From Eledone cirrhosa (taxonomy: Eukaryota): 64,000 nucleotides of DNA. Location of the stretch: assembly GCA_964016885.1 (NCBI GenBank), contig OZ024747.1, forward strand, positions 2,480,001 to 2,544,000. The letters are read 5' to 3'. The notes below the pieces were generated by a model. The model saw nothing but the letters and a program-made list of their open reading frames with translations, had not been told where the DNA came from and did no database searches. Of this stretch, positions 42,072 to 54,866 are shown piece by piece. Numbering within the stretch: the stretch's first letter is position 1; the number at the start of each line of letters is the position of its first letter. The translations under genes were made by a program, and so were the position numbers.

Positions 42072-42156
42072 GGTCTGATGAGCCGTGGATTACAGAGTCG
42101 GGATAGATCGGTACAGATCGAACCTTGAGCTGATCAGTGGTGAAACGCGCGTCACC
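42072..42156 (+). ncRNA. Type I hammerhead ribozyme motif with intact core, in a short element (about 41950-42215)
   Basis: GGT-CTGATGA-GCCGTGGATTA...TGATCAGTGGT-GAAAC-GCGC-GTC^ACC, with AATAAA at 42161. Confidence 0.78.
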
Positions 42157-42447
42157 AACCAATAAACGTAATGAAGAAGTAACCAATCGTCCTTGTTATT
42201 TTATTTCACTAAATATAAAATGATGATCATGATGATACATGTCTATAAATATATAGACATGTATATATATAAGTATATATATATGTATATAAGTATATTT
42301 ACATGTGTATATAAGTATATATAGATGTTTTATACATGTATATACATGTATATATATCTATATATACTTATATACAAATATATATACTTATATATATACA
42401 TGCATATAGACATGTATATAGATGTATATATACGTCTATATACATAT

Positions 42448-43227
42448 AAATAAAAATAGACCGAGAAACAAGAATGTCCATCATCAGTAGCCTGCTGATT
42501 ATCATTGGTATTTCTTCGCATTAAAGACTAGATACCTAAAATCAGTGTGAGTGATAACTAAATTAAATTATCGGGACAGAGGAAAACAGAGGAAAGGAAA
42601 CAAACAACATGGAAGTAATGCAACGTAAAGAGAGGAAAAGAGAGACAAGTCAATGAATCTTGTGGGCTTAAGTCCGATAAATCAAATGACGAGAAGAGGC
42701 AGATACGTCGGAGCCACGAGAAAAGTGAGAGAGGAAAGAATATTTCACACAGGTCAGACGGGAGGAAGTGAGAGAAGAGGAGTAGAAGAGGAGTAGAAGA
42801 GGAGTAGAAGAGAGTGAGTGAGTGAAAGTGTGAGGAAGGGGCCAGCCGAGAGTGAGCGACCAGCAGCGTGAGTGGAGGAAAGCAAGAGGTGAAGGAGAGA
42901 GAAGAGGGAGAGAGAAAGAGGATAGCAGTAAGGTGACAGAAAAAATACGAACCACAGCGAAGGGAAAAAATATATGTGAATGAAAAACAGTGTGCTGTGT
43001 TGTTGCGAATATGAACATATGAATAAAAATAGACCGAGAAACAAGAATGTCCATCATCAGTAGTCTGCTGATTATCATTGGTATTTCTTCACATTAAAGA
43101 CTAGACACCTAAAATCAGTGCGAACGATTTGTTTCCTTTCCTCTGTTTTCCTCTGTCACAATAACTTAATTTAGTTATCGCTCGCACTGATGTTACGAAT
43201 CTAGTCTTTAATGCAAAGAAATACCAA
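42448..43227. mobile_element. Non-coding element with direct plus inverted terminal repeats (pseudo-LTR-like)
   Basis: About 100-bp direct repeat 42448-42548 / 43022-43120. 43128-43227 is an inverted copy of about 42506-42605. Embedded in TA-rich repeats. Confidence 0.7.
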
Positions 43228-43567
43228 CATATACATATATATATATACATGTATTTATATGTATATACACATGTATATACATGTGTATATACATATATAT
43301 ATATACATGTATATATACTTAGACACATGTGTATATACTTATATACACATACATATATTTATATACACATGTATATATACTTATATATATACATGTATAT
43401 ATATATACATATGTATATATACATGTATATATATACATATATATATACATATATATACATATATATATATATACATATATACATCATCATCATCATCATC
43501 ACAGTTTTACGTCCGTTCTTCCATGCTAGCATGGGTTAGACGGATATATATACATATATATATATAC

Positions 43568-43620
<53 letters not shown>

Positions 43621-43621
43621 C

Positions 43622-44930
43622 ATAAGAGAGTATTTAAGTTTGCTTGAAGCATTGTGGAACAATAAGTAAATATATATAAGTCGTTTGGAAGCCTCGACAA
43701 TGCAAATGGGTAAATCTCCGGGTAACAAGGTCCGGTGGTGGAGAGAGAGATGTAAGTGGGTGTACGTTGAGATGCGTGGTGTGTATAAGATGTGTAGAAT
43801 GAAGGGAAGAGTAAAAGGATAAAAATAATAATAACAACACAAGAGAGAGTTACCTTGGGAGAGATTTAATAGTCCCTATATATTTCGGATTCACATCCAT
43901 CAACTAGGGTTTTTTTTCTCCGGGGTGGGGGAAAAGGTTGTCTGTCGGACAAGTCCGGAAGGCGTCTTTCGCTGTTTGCTGATTTGAATATCTGAGGTAT
44001 TCGGCAGAGCGCGCGTGCGCGTGAAATGGGGTCGGTCGTACAGAGGTCGCTAGAATTGTGACAATGGGCCTTCCGTCTTTGTTTCCGCATTTGTCTATGT
44101 GTTTCCGGAAACACACTAAAACCAGGGCCTCGTCTTTCCGGACACACATAGACAAATGCGGAAACAAAGACGGAAGGCCCATTGTCACAATTCTAGCGAC
44201 TGAAAGAAACGTCGGCACGTTACGTATCAAGGGAGCACTTTTTATCAAACGCCTGCAACCGCAAATAAACAACCGATTAGAGAGAAGCGAAATGAAATGA
44301 CTGGTTTAAGTTAACAAGCGATACAACAACACACAACACACGCAAACGAGACAACCACACACACACACGCACACACACATTGTAGCTTTCCACCATACGA
44401 ACATACTACACTGCCAATACAGATGAACAAGGCAACAATACACACACACACTCAAGCGAGACAACAACACACGCACACACACACACAGTAACATCTAACA
44501 AACAGGCAGAGAATGGACTGTCAGCTAGCTCCTTCCCAGTCACTCATTCGGCCGCTGACCTCTGTACGACCGACCCCATTTCACGCGCACGCGCGCTCTG
44601 CCGAATACCTCAGATATTCAAATCAGCAAACAGCGAAAGACGCCTTCCGGACTTGTCCGACAGACAACCTTTTCCCCCACCCCGGAGAAAAAAAACCCAG
44701 TTGATGGATGTGAATCCGAAATATATAGGGACTATTAAATCTCTCCCAAGGTAACTCTCTCTTGTGTTGTTATTATTATTTTTATCCTTTTACTCTTCCC
44801 TTCATTCTACACATCTTATACACACCACGCATCTCAACGTACACCCACTTACATCTCTCTCTCCACCACCGGACCTTGTTACCCGGAGATTTACCCATTT
44901 GCATTGTCAAGGCTTCCAAACGACTTATAG
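43622..44930 (+). mobile_element. 5'-truncated Penelope-like retroelement: GIY-YIG C-terminus, 3' UTR and inverted pseudo-LTR
   Basis: ORF 44058-44300 ends FRKHTKTRASSFRTHIDKC..VTILATERNVGTLRIK(G)ALFIKRLQPQINNR.E, fitting the Penelope IL..E....L.I.EAL.I....P.IN motif. About 375-bp inverted arms 43675-44048 / 44557-44929 and an inner hairpin at 44046-44200. Confidence 0.8.
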
Positions 44931-45639
44931 ATATTTACATATATATACATGTATATACACATGGAACAGTATCAGAGGTTTTAGATTTATATTGATTTTG
45001 TTATTTTCACAAATGTTTGTCTCAGTTTTCTGATAAACTCCCAGATACATTGTCTGGATATTGTGTAAAGAATTGTGTGTGTATGTGTGAGTGAGTGTGT
45101 GTGTGAGTAAGTGTGTGTATGTGTGAGTGTGTGTGTGTATGTGTGTGTGTGTATGTGTGAGTGAGTGTGAGTGAGTGTGTGTGTGTATGTGTGAGTGTCT
45201 GTGTGTGAGTAAGTGTGAGTGAGTGTGTGTATGTGTGAGTGACTGTGTGTGAGTGTGAGTGAGTGTGAGTGTGTGTGTATGTGTGAGTGTCTGTGTGTGA
45301 GTAAATGTGAGTGAGTGTGTGTATGTGTGAGTGACTGTGTGTGAGTGTGAGTGAGTCTGAGTGTGTGTATGTGTGAGTGTCTGTGTGTGAGTCTGTGTTT
45401 ATGAGTGTGTATATGTATGTGAGTATGTGCATACCTGTGTACCTGTGTGTATGTGTGTGTGCGTGTGTGTGTATGTGTGTGTGAGTATGTTCATACCTGT
45501 GTACCTGTGTGTATGTGCGTGTGTGTGTATGTGTATGTGAGTATGTGCATACCTGTGTACCTGTGTGTATGTGCGTGTGTGTGTGTGTATGTGTATGTGA
45601 GTATGTGCATACCTGTCATGTGTGTATATATATATGTGT

Positions 45640-46265
45640 GTACCTGTACAGCTGAGAGCAGACACCAATCAGTGTAGATATGTGTGTATATGTGATGTAT
45701 ATTTCAAAGTGTGTACCTGTACAGGTGAGAGTAGACACCAATCAGAGTGTGTATATATATGTAAGTGCATACCTGAGATGTGTGTGTATATATGTGCGTA
45801 CCTGTACAGGTGAGAACAGAGACCAATCAGAGTGTATATATATATATGTGTGTGCGTACCTGTACAGGTGAGAACAGAGACCAATCAGAGTGTATATATA
45901 TATATGTGTATGCGTACCTGTACAGGTGAGAACAAAGACCAATCAGAGTGTATATATATGTGTGCGTACCTGTACAGGTGAGAACAGAGACCAATCAGTG
46001 TGTATATATATATATGTGTGCATACATGTACAGGTGAGAACAGAGACCAATCAGAGAGTGTATATATATATATATGTGTGTGTGCGTACCTGTACAGGTG
46101 AGAACAGAGACCAATCGGAGTGTATATATATATGTGTGTGCGTACCTGTACAGGTGAGAGCAGAGACCAATCAGAGTGTGTATATATGTAAGTGCATACC
46201 TGTGATGTGTGTATATATATATGTGCGCACCTGTACAGGTGAAAACAGAGACCAATCTGTTCACA
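45640..46265. repeat. About 10-copy array: constant acctgtacaggtgagaacagagaccaatcag with variable (TA)/(TG) spacers
   Basis: Directly visible, period about 52-85 bp. Confidence 0.93.
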
Positions 46266-46665
46266 GGTATTTAGATATATTTGTTTACTTTCTCGATCTA
46301 AGAGAGAAATTTCAATTAATTGAGAAGTTTCTGTGTTGTGTCTGGTATTCTTTATAACCACACCTTTCTAATTTATTATAGATACCTTGGCTACTTGTGT
46401 GTCTGTATGTACATATGTGTGTGGTTTATTGACTGTATCGATGTGTGTGTCTATATGTGTGAGTGTGTGTGTATGTGTGACTATGTGTGTGTGTATATCT
46501 GTGTGTATATGTGAATGTATGTGTGTATATGTGAATGTATGTGTGTATGTGAGTGTGTATATGTTTGAGTATATGTGTATGCGTGTTTGCATATATATAT
46601 ATATATGCGTATTTATGTATGAGTACATATGTGTATATATATACATATATATATATATATATAGT

Positions 46666-46696
<31 letters not shown>

Positions 46697-46707
46697 TTAT
46701 GTATGAG

Positions 46708-46744
<37 letters not shown>

Positions 46745-47338
46745 TTATGTGTGAGTACATATATATATATATATAAATGTTTATGTGTGAGTATGTATAT
46801 ATATATATATATATGTGTATGTTTATGTGTGAGTATATGTATATATATATATATGTGTATGTTTATGTGTGAGTATGTATATATATATATATATATATGT
46901 GTATGTTTATGTGTGAGTATATGTATATATATATGTTTATGTGTGCAAGTATTTGCAGTATTTTGAAATTAATTTGTCTGCTATGTCAGGCTTGTAGTGA
47001 GAGGTTACAAAGTTGATGTAGAGGATCAAAAGCCAGTTTAATGGTTCTACAAAGTTTTAAACTTGTACGACACTTGTAATAATCATTGGAACAAAACTTA
47101 ATAAAGGCAAAATGGAAAACAAAAATGACTCAGACCATTTCAAAGAAACATTTTATTATTATTATTTTTTTTTTTTGTATTTCATCACAAATCTGATGTT
47201 TTTTTTTTTCTATTTTTTTCCCTTTTTTTTTTACAAAGTAGAAATTCTAATTATTGACTTTTTAAATCCCGAGGATCTTTTAAAAATACAACTTTGTTTT
47301 CGCCCTTGTTGATTTATTTTCCTTTTACGAGGTTGTAG

Positions 47339-47458
47339 ATGGTGCCGGTAAATGCAGCTATTGGCACTGAAGATAACACAGTTACTTCCCCTGATGACTT
47401 CACTGAGCTTGCCAGGATACTATGTAACACTCGACTTACTGAATGGCATAGATGTTAA
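47339..47458 (+). CDS. Probable second coding exon of the protocadherin (cytoplasmic tail MVPVNAAIGTEDNTVTSPDDFTELARILCNTRLTEWHRC*)
   Basis: Non-repetitive island preceded by ttgatttattttccttttacgaggttgtag (AG ends 47338). Open in phase 0, matching the 36066 donor. Followed by a donor CTCAG|GTATTT at 47481/47482. From recall (not a search), the peptide resembles the E.N.V..PD.F.E segment of octopus protocadherin tails. Confidence 0.7.
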   Translation: MVPVNAAIGTEDNTVTSPDDFTELARILCNTRLTEWHRC

Positions 47459-47524
47459 TAAGAAAGAAAGAATTTCCTCAGGTATTTGTCAAAAACAAAG
47501 ACACTTTTTCCCCCCTACTAAATA

Positions 47525-47710
47525 ATTGTTTTTACTTTCGGCACAAAGCCAGCAATTATCCCAGTGTATTACTGGTACTTTATTTTATCGACCCCGTAAG
47601 GATGAAAGGAAAAGTTAACCTCGGCGGGATTTGAAATGAGACCATAAAGGGCCTTTGCTGCAAAGCATGGCGTTCGACCCTCTACCGATACTGTCAATCC
47701 ACCACCCTTA
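47525..47710 (-). mobile_element. S1 SINE
   Basis: Reverse complement of the 63592-63790 consensus. Confidence 0.85.
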
Positions 47711-48082
47711 AATAATACAAATAACTTATCTACAATTGGACTAGGAGAAAGAAGCAAAATACATTTCAATAATTTAATTAATCTTAGTTTATATATCTTT
47801 ATCATCATCATCACCCTTTGTTTTTACATCTGCTTTTCAATGTTGGTATGGGCTGGATAAGAAAATATGAGGCAGAATTTTATGGCCAGGTCTCTTTCTT
47901 GAAGCTAAACTTCACTTGATTGTTTTTTTAGTAAGGTACAGATGTTTGTACATCTAACTACTGAGAGGTGGGATATCTGTTTATGCAGAATATAAACAAA
48001 TATCAGTGCCAGAGATGTCGAATGTGATGAGAAGGAAAGAGACAAACAAATACACATACACCTATACACCCATACACCCATA

Positions 48083-48143
<61 letters not shown>

Positions 48144-48504
48144 ACACACAAACATACACACTCACACACCTTGACACAATAGCCATCCTGATAGTTTCTG
48201 TTTGTCATATTCATTTAAAAGACATTAGTTAGTCCAAGGCTATAGTAGAAGACATTTTTATATTGATTTTTCTCTGTCTATCTTGTTTTTTGTTTTTCAA
48301 CTGTAAGAATTACTCAATACTTCCCCTAGTCTGTCATTGATTACTAGCTCTATTCGGACGTTTAAATTGAAAAAATAAATAAATACCAAAGTACTATAGA
48401 ATAAGATAGAGCCCAAGACCTTGTAATGGCAAAGTGACCTTTTTAACCACACAGCCATTTCTACCCCTTCTTTATGTGTATAAGTCGAATCAGTAGGGTA
48501 CTTA

Positions 48505-48870
48505 CTTGTACTTGTATTTGTGTCGACATTCACCCTGGACGGGTTGAGACAGCTTCTTCCCTTGTCCTGACGGCATCTCGAACCATGGCAGCCCATGCAC
48601 GACGGTTCCGGGCTAGGTCACTGGAGATAGCAAGCCAGTCACGGTTCCATCGGCGCAGGCCGACCCCTGTGGACCTGAGAGTTCAGAGAGGTCCTCCTTG
48701 ATCGTTGTTGCCCAGGTCTTCAGCTGCCCGCCAACGCGCTTGAGCCAGTTAGGGAGTGGAGGTGGGAAGAGAACATTACAGATCAGTTCACCCTCAGGGC
48801 GCCGGGCTGCGTGACCAAACCATCTCAGGCGCCGGTACAGAAGCACTGAAGGAAGGGGTGATGGTGATTG
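48505..48870 (-). mobile_element. RTE-clade LINE 3' end
   Basis: RRLRWFGHAARRPEGELI...GGQLKTWATTIKEDL, with an (ACAAGT)-type tail. Confidence 0.85.
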
Positions 48871-49042
48871 GTTTTTTTCAATGCCTTAGCCTCACCATCA
48901 CCCATAGTAATGTTGAGAGCATATTGGCTTGTCTCAAAATATTCCATTGACCCTTGTGATGTGTGGCTGATTGTTGCACTTTGTGGTCAATTGATGGTTG
49001 TCTTCATTTCTGTTTCCCACTTTTTTCTTTCTTCTTTCTCTT

Positions 49043-52000
49043 GCCCTGGTCTAATATTTTGGTGTGTTGTGTTTATATTAATGTCCTGTTAGCCGTGGTC
49101 ATATATTTTGGTGTGTTGTGTTTATATTAATGTCCTGTTAGCCCTGGTCTAATATTTTGGTGTGTTGTGTTTATATTAATGTCCTGTTAGCCCTGGTCAT
49201 ATATTTTGGTGTGTTGTGTTTATATTAATGTCCTGTTAGCCCTGGTCATATATTTTGGTGTGTTGTGTTTATATTAATGTCCTGTTAGCCCTGGTCATAT
49301 ATTTTGGTGTGTTGTGTTTATATTAATGTCCTGTTAGCCCTGGTCATATATTTTGGTGTGTTGTGTTTATATTAATGTCCTGTTAGCCCTGGTCATATAT
49401 TTTGGTGTGTTGTGTTTATATTAATGTCCTGTTAGCCCTGGTCATATATTTTGGTGTGTTGTGTTTATATTAATGTCCTGTTAGCCCTGGTCATATATTT
49501 TGGTGTGTTGTGTTTATATTAATGTCCTGTTAGCCCTGGTCATATATTTTGGTGTGTTGTGTTTATATTAATGTCCTGTTAGCCCTGGTCATATATTTTG
49601 GTGTGTTGTGTTTATATTAATGTCCTGTTAGCCCTGGTCATATATTTTGGTGTGTTGTGTTTATATTAATGTCCTGTTAGCCCTGGTCATATATTTTGGT
49701 GTGTTGTGTTTATATTAATGTCCTGTTAGCCCTGGTCATATATTTTGGTGTGTTGTGTTTATATTAATGTCCTGTTAGCCCTGGTCATATATTTTGGTGT
49801 GTTGTGTTTATATTAATGTCCTGTTAGCCCTGGTCATATATTTTGGTGTGTTGTGTTTATATTAATGTCCTGTTAGCCCTGGTCATATATTTTGGTGTGT
49901 TGTGTTTATATTAATGTCCTGTTAGCCCTGGTCATATATTTTGGTGTGTTGTGTTTATATTAATGTCCTGTTAGCCCTGGTCATATATTTTGGTGTGTTG
50001 TGTTTATATTAATGTCCTGTTAGCCCTGGTCATATATTTTGGTGTGTTGTGTTTATATTAATGTCCTGTTAGCCCTGGTCATATATTTTGGTGTGTTGTG
50101 TTTATATTAATGTCCTGTTAGCCCTGGTCATATATTTTGGTGTGTTGTGTTTATATTAATGTCCTGTTAGCCCTGGTCATATATTTTGGTGTGTTGTGTT
50201 TATATTAATGTCCTGTTAGCCCTGGTCATATATTTTGGTGTGTTGTGTTTATATTAATGTCCTGTTAGCCCTGGTCATATATTTTGGTGTGTTGTGTTTA
50301 TATTAATGTCCTGTTAGCCCTGGTCATATATTTTGGTCTGTTGTGTTTATATTAATGTCCTGTTAGCCCTGGTCATATATTTTGGTGTGTTGTGTTTATA
50401 TTAATGTCCTGTTAGCCCTGGTCATATATTTTGGTGTGTTGTGTTTATATTAATGTCCTGTTAGCCCTGGTCATATATTTTGGTGTGTTGTGTTTATATT
50501 AATGTCCTGTTAGCCCTGGTCTAATATTTTGGTGTGTTGTGTTTATATTAATGTCCTGTTAGCCCTGGTCATATATTTTGGTGTGTTGTGTTTATATTAA
50601 TGTCCTGTTAGCCCTGGTCATATATTTTGGTGTGTTGTGTTTATATTAATGTCCTGTTAGCCCTGGTCATATATTTTGGTGTGTTGTGTTTATATTAATG
50701 TCCTGTTAGCCCTGGTCATATATTTTGGTGTGTTGTGTTTATATTAATGTCCTGTTAGCCCTGGTCTAATATTTTGGTGTGTTGTGTTTATATTAATGTC
50801 CTGTTAGCCCTGGTCATATATTTTGGTGTGTTGTGTTTATATTAATGTCCTGTTAGCCCTGGTCATATATTTTGGTGTGTTGTGTTTATATTAATGTCCT
50901 GTTAGCCCTGGTCATATATTTTGGTGTGTTGTGTTTATATTAATGTCCTGTTAGCCGTGGTCATATATTTTGGTGTGTTGTGTTTATATTAATGTCCTGT
51001 TAGCCCTGGTCATATATTTTGGTGTGTTGTGTTTATATTAATGTCCTGTTAGCCCTGGTCATATATTTTGGTGTGTTGTGTTTATATTAATGTCCTGTTA
51101 GCCCTGGTCATATATTTTGGTGTGTTGTGTTTATATTAATGTCCTGTTAGCCCTGGTCATATATTTTGGTGTGTTGTGTTTATATTAATGTCCTGTTAGC
51201 CCTGGTCATATATTTTGGTGTGTTGTTTTTATTTTAATGTCCTGTTAGCCCTGGTCATATATTTTGGTGTGTTGTTTTTATATTAATGTCCTGTTAGCCC
51301 TGGTCATATATTTTGGTGTGTTGTGTTTATATTAATGTCCTGTTAGCCCTGGTCATATATTTTGGTGTGTTGTTTTTATTTTAATGTCCTGTTAGCCCTG
51401 GTCATATATTTTGGTGTGTTGTTTTTATATTAATGTCCTGTTAGCCCTGGTCATATATTTTGGTGTGTTGTGTTTATATTAATGTCCTGTTAGCCCTGGT
51501 CATATATTTTGGTGTGTTGTTTTTATATTAATGTCCTGTTAGCCCTGGTCATATATTTTGGTGTGTTGTGTTTATATTAATGTCCTGTTAGCCCTGGTCA
51601 TATATTTTGGTGTGTTGTTTTTATTTTAATGTCCTGTTAGCCCTGGTCATATATTTTGGTGTGTTGTTTTTATATTAATGTCCTGTTAGCCCTGGTCATA
51701 TATTTTGGTGTGTTGTGTTTATATTAATGTCCTGTTAGCCCTGGTCATATATTTTGGTGTGTTGTTTTTATTTTAATGTCCTGTTAGCCCTGGTCATATA
51801 TTTTGGTGTGTTGTTTTTATTTTAATGTCCTGTTAGCCCTGGTCATATATTTTGGTGTGTTGTTTTTATTTTAATGTCCTGTTAGCCCTGGTCATATATT
51901 TTGGTGTGTTGTTTTTATATTAATGTCCTGTTAGCCGTGGTCATATATTTTGGTGTGTTGTTTTTATTTTAATGTCCTGTTAGCCCTGGTCATATATTTT

Positions 52001-52212
52001 GGTGTGTTGTTTTTATATTAATGTCCTGTTAGCCCTGGTCATATATTTTGGTGTGTTGTGTTTATATTAATGTCCTGTTAGCCCTGGTCATATATTTTGG
52101 TGTGTTGTTTTTATATTAATGTCCTGTTAGCCCTGGTCATATATTTTGGTGTGTTGTTTTTATTTTAATGTCCTGTTAGCCCTTGTCATATATTTTGGTG
52201 TGTTGTTTTAAT
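49043..52212. repeat. 49-bp minisatellite, about 64 copies
   Basis: Unit gccctggtcatatattttggtgtgttgtgtttatattaatgtcctgtta, period 49. Confidence 0.98.
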
Positions 52213-52218
52213 GTAATG

Positions 52219-52462
52219 TTAAACATTTTGTTGGTCTATTTCTAATGAAATAAACTGTATTTGAATTTAATTTGGGAAGAATTTAAAGGAATCTACTGAA
52301 TTTATTACTTATTTCCTTATTTAGATGGCATTTGTAACTTAACAGGTCCTTATATCAAATTATATTAGAAGATATTAATTTAAATAAGAACCCTTTAAAA
52401 TGGTTGGCTTTGTTTCATAACACCAGAGGCAGTTTCAAATGTGTTGCTATCAAAAGAGTTAA
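52219..52462. mobile_element. Decayed copy of the TTAA-flanked MITE at 59413-59637
   Basis: Shared tatttctaatgaaata and tttcata..accagag, with TTAA at both ends. Confidence 0.6.
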
Positions 52463-52799
52463 TTGTCTATAGTTAATAATCATATTATTTATCTAATCAC
52501 ATCTTATTAAATTTCATAAGAGGTAATAACAAAATAAGTTATTATATGACCACATAATTTTCCTCATATTGTAATTGATTTAAATACAATCTTATTTTAA
52601 GTGAATTATTAATTCTGAATGTATGTTAACTTAGAGTAAACTGTTTCAATGCAGGTTCTGACAATAGTTGAGCAAGTTGGCCCCTAGAACAATATAAGCC
52701 CCTAGAATTGGAAATAAAAGTGGCCAGTTTTACCTGTGGGAAGCTGTCCTCTATTTTTTCATTTTTAGGGACACAAAGCAAACAGCTTTGTCAGGTAAC

Positions 52800-52985
52800 A
52801 AGTTAACAAATATACTGATAAATAGGAATCACTCCTTGTAATGGTGAAAAGACAGAAGTTTGCCTGGTATGGTCATATATCCTGCCATAAATCCTTGTCT
52901 AAAACCATTCTTCAGGGCACAGTTGAGGGAGGCAGACAAAGAAAATTCTGGTCTGACAACACTGAAGACTAGACTGGTCCAAACA
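52800..52985 (+). mobile_element. RTE-like LINE fragment
   Basis: VKRQKFAWYGHI...LSKTILQGTVEGGRQRKFWSDN. Confidence 0.7.
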
Positions 52986-53427
52986 CAGACTTTAATATCG
53001 GTACAACTGGTAGCTTAACTTAACATAAGGTTAATGTAAATTTGAACTATATACAAAAAGATTTATCATATGACAAATTGAGAAACAACTAGTGTTATGT
53101 ACATATATATATAGAATAAAAATAATACATTTTCTCATTTAAAGAAAGTATCAAACCCCAAACACCTAAAGTCCTCTTATACGGCTGTTTCATGAATTCC
53201 TGAACATGATGTTTATAATCGATTTTAATGATTAGTATCAATCACTGATGCTGTATAAGCAAAAATGGTCACCTGAGCTGACTGGTCATCTCATAATGTG
53301 ACATGACAACCTGTCAAACCCGTGCAAGCATGGAAAAATAGACATTAAACAATGATGATGATATATATATATGATATTCATATATATATGATGATATATG
53401 ATATATATATATGATGATATATATATC

Positions 53428-53665
53428 ATCATCATCGTTTTTACATTCACATTTCCATGCTTGCATGAGTTGGATGAGTCCTTCTTAGCACGACATCTAT
53501 CTACTTATCATGTTCCTTTGTCATCTCCTCTACCAGTCTTAGCAATTTTTGAGGTCAGCTCTCACAACCTCTGCCCAGGTCTTTCTTGGTCGTCCTCTAT
53601 TGTGGCTTCCTTCTTCTGGGATTTCCTGGCATTTCTCCACCGATTAGCCAGTGTCCTATACACAC
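53428..53665 (-). mobile_element. RTE LINE 3' end, same family as 11845-12180
   Basis: Colinear similarity with about 11860-12090. Confidence 0.8.
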
Positions 53666-54185
53666 ATCATCATCACCGTTTTATGTCCGTTCTTCCACAC
53701 TAGCATGGGTTAGACGGCCATATATATATATAGACATATATATATATAGACATATATATATATAGGGAAGAGTATAGCAAACACCATAAAAATGGCAGAG
53801 CAATGAGAGAGCACATTTCTTGGTTGGACTTTTGAATGTTTATCAGGTAACCTTTTCTTATAGACATGCCAGGCTAAGAACCAAACATATCAACTTTATT
53901 GTTGTCACAACTTTGTATATTATCTCAATATTTTCAATGTCTTTTCTGAAATGGTAATGCAAAAATAGAAACGTTGCACATTATAAAATGCAGCTAGTAA
54001 AACCATTGTTGTTAGGAAGGTCCTCTACGCATAGAGATAATACAAGAGAGGATAGGGAGCAGGGCCAGATTTAATGGGTGGTAAATGGGGCGTTTTGTGC
54101 AAGACTTGGTTTGTAACAAACTGTCCAACCAAATCCAATATTGAAAAACAGACATAAAAGGATAGTGATGATGATGATGATGATA

Positions 54186-54217
<32 letters not shown>

Positions 54218-54690
54218 AAAACTTGTACTCAAAACTCAAAAGCTGAAAAATAAAATAAAATATACTGGAAAGGATCTCGTCCTATCTTCTAAAACTTCTG
54301 CCAATCCTCCATTTTGGACTGATAATTCATTTTATCAACCTCTGAAAGAATAAAAGGTGAGGTTGATCTCAGTATTTTAACTCACAAGAGATCTGGAACA
54401 AATACAGCAAGGTAATTTATCCTATGCTCTACTAGTTTACCACATATAAGATATTGAATACTACTAGTTCCTCCCTATCATTGTCCTTTGATAGTTATTG
54501 TACATGTGGAACAATTCTTATATTATTCCAAATTTTCACGTTATTGATCAACAATTTTTTTTTTGATATCTTCAAATTTAATATTTTGTGAGAAAAGGAT
54601 GAGTAGTTTCCCTTGATATTCTTTCTACAATTAATCTTGAGAGACAGATGATGTTTAGTTGTAGTTTTAACTGATGACTGATATGAAAAT

Positions 54691-54734
<44 letters not shown>

Positions 54735-54735
54735 A

Positions 54736-54866
54736 AAGGCATGCTTGCTGGGAACAGCAAGAACCCTCCGATACGTCCTGAATATCTGAGGCTGCAGGTA
54801 GCGGCTTGATATTCATTTCAACAAACTTTCCAGTTAAATAACATCAATGACTGAGACTCAAAGAAC

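Noticed and set aside
45640-46265. CRISPR-like repeat-spacer appearance
   Set aside because: Spacers are simple TA/TG repeats, the context is eukaryotic and there are no cas genes.
52769-52800. Possible 26-nt micro-exon (ttttag...tcag|gtaaca)
   Set aside because: Such signals are common by chance in AT-rich DNA, and it abuts an RTE fragment.
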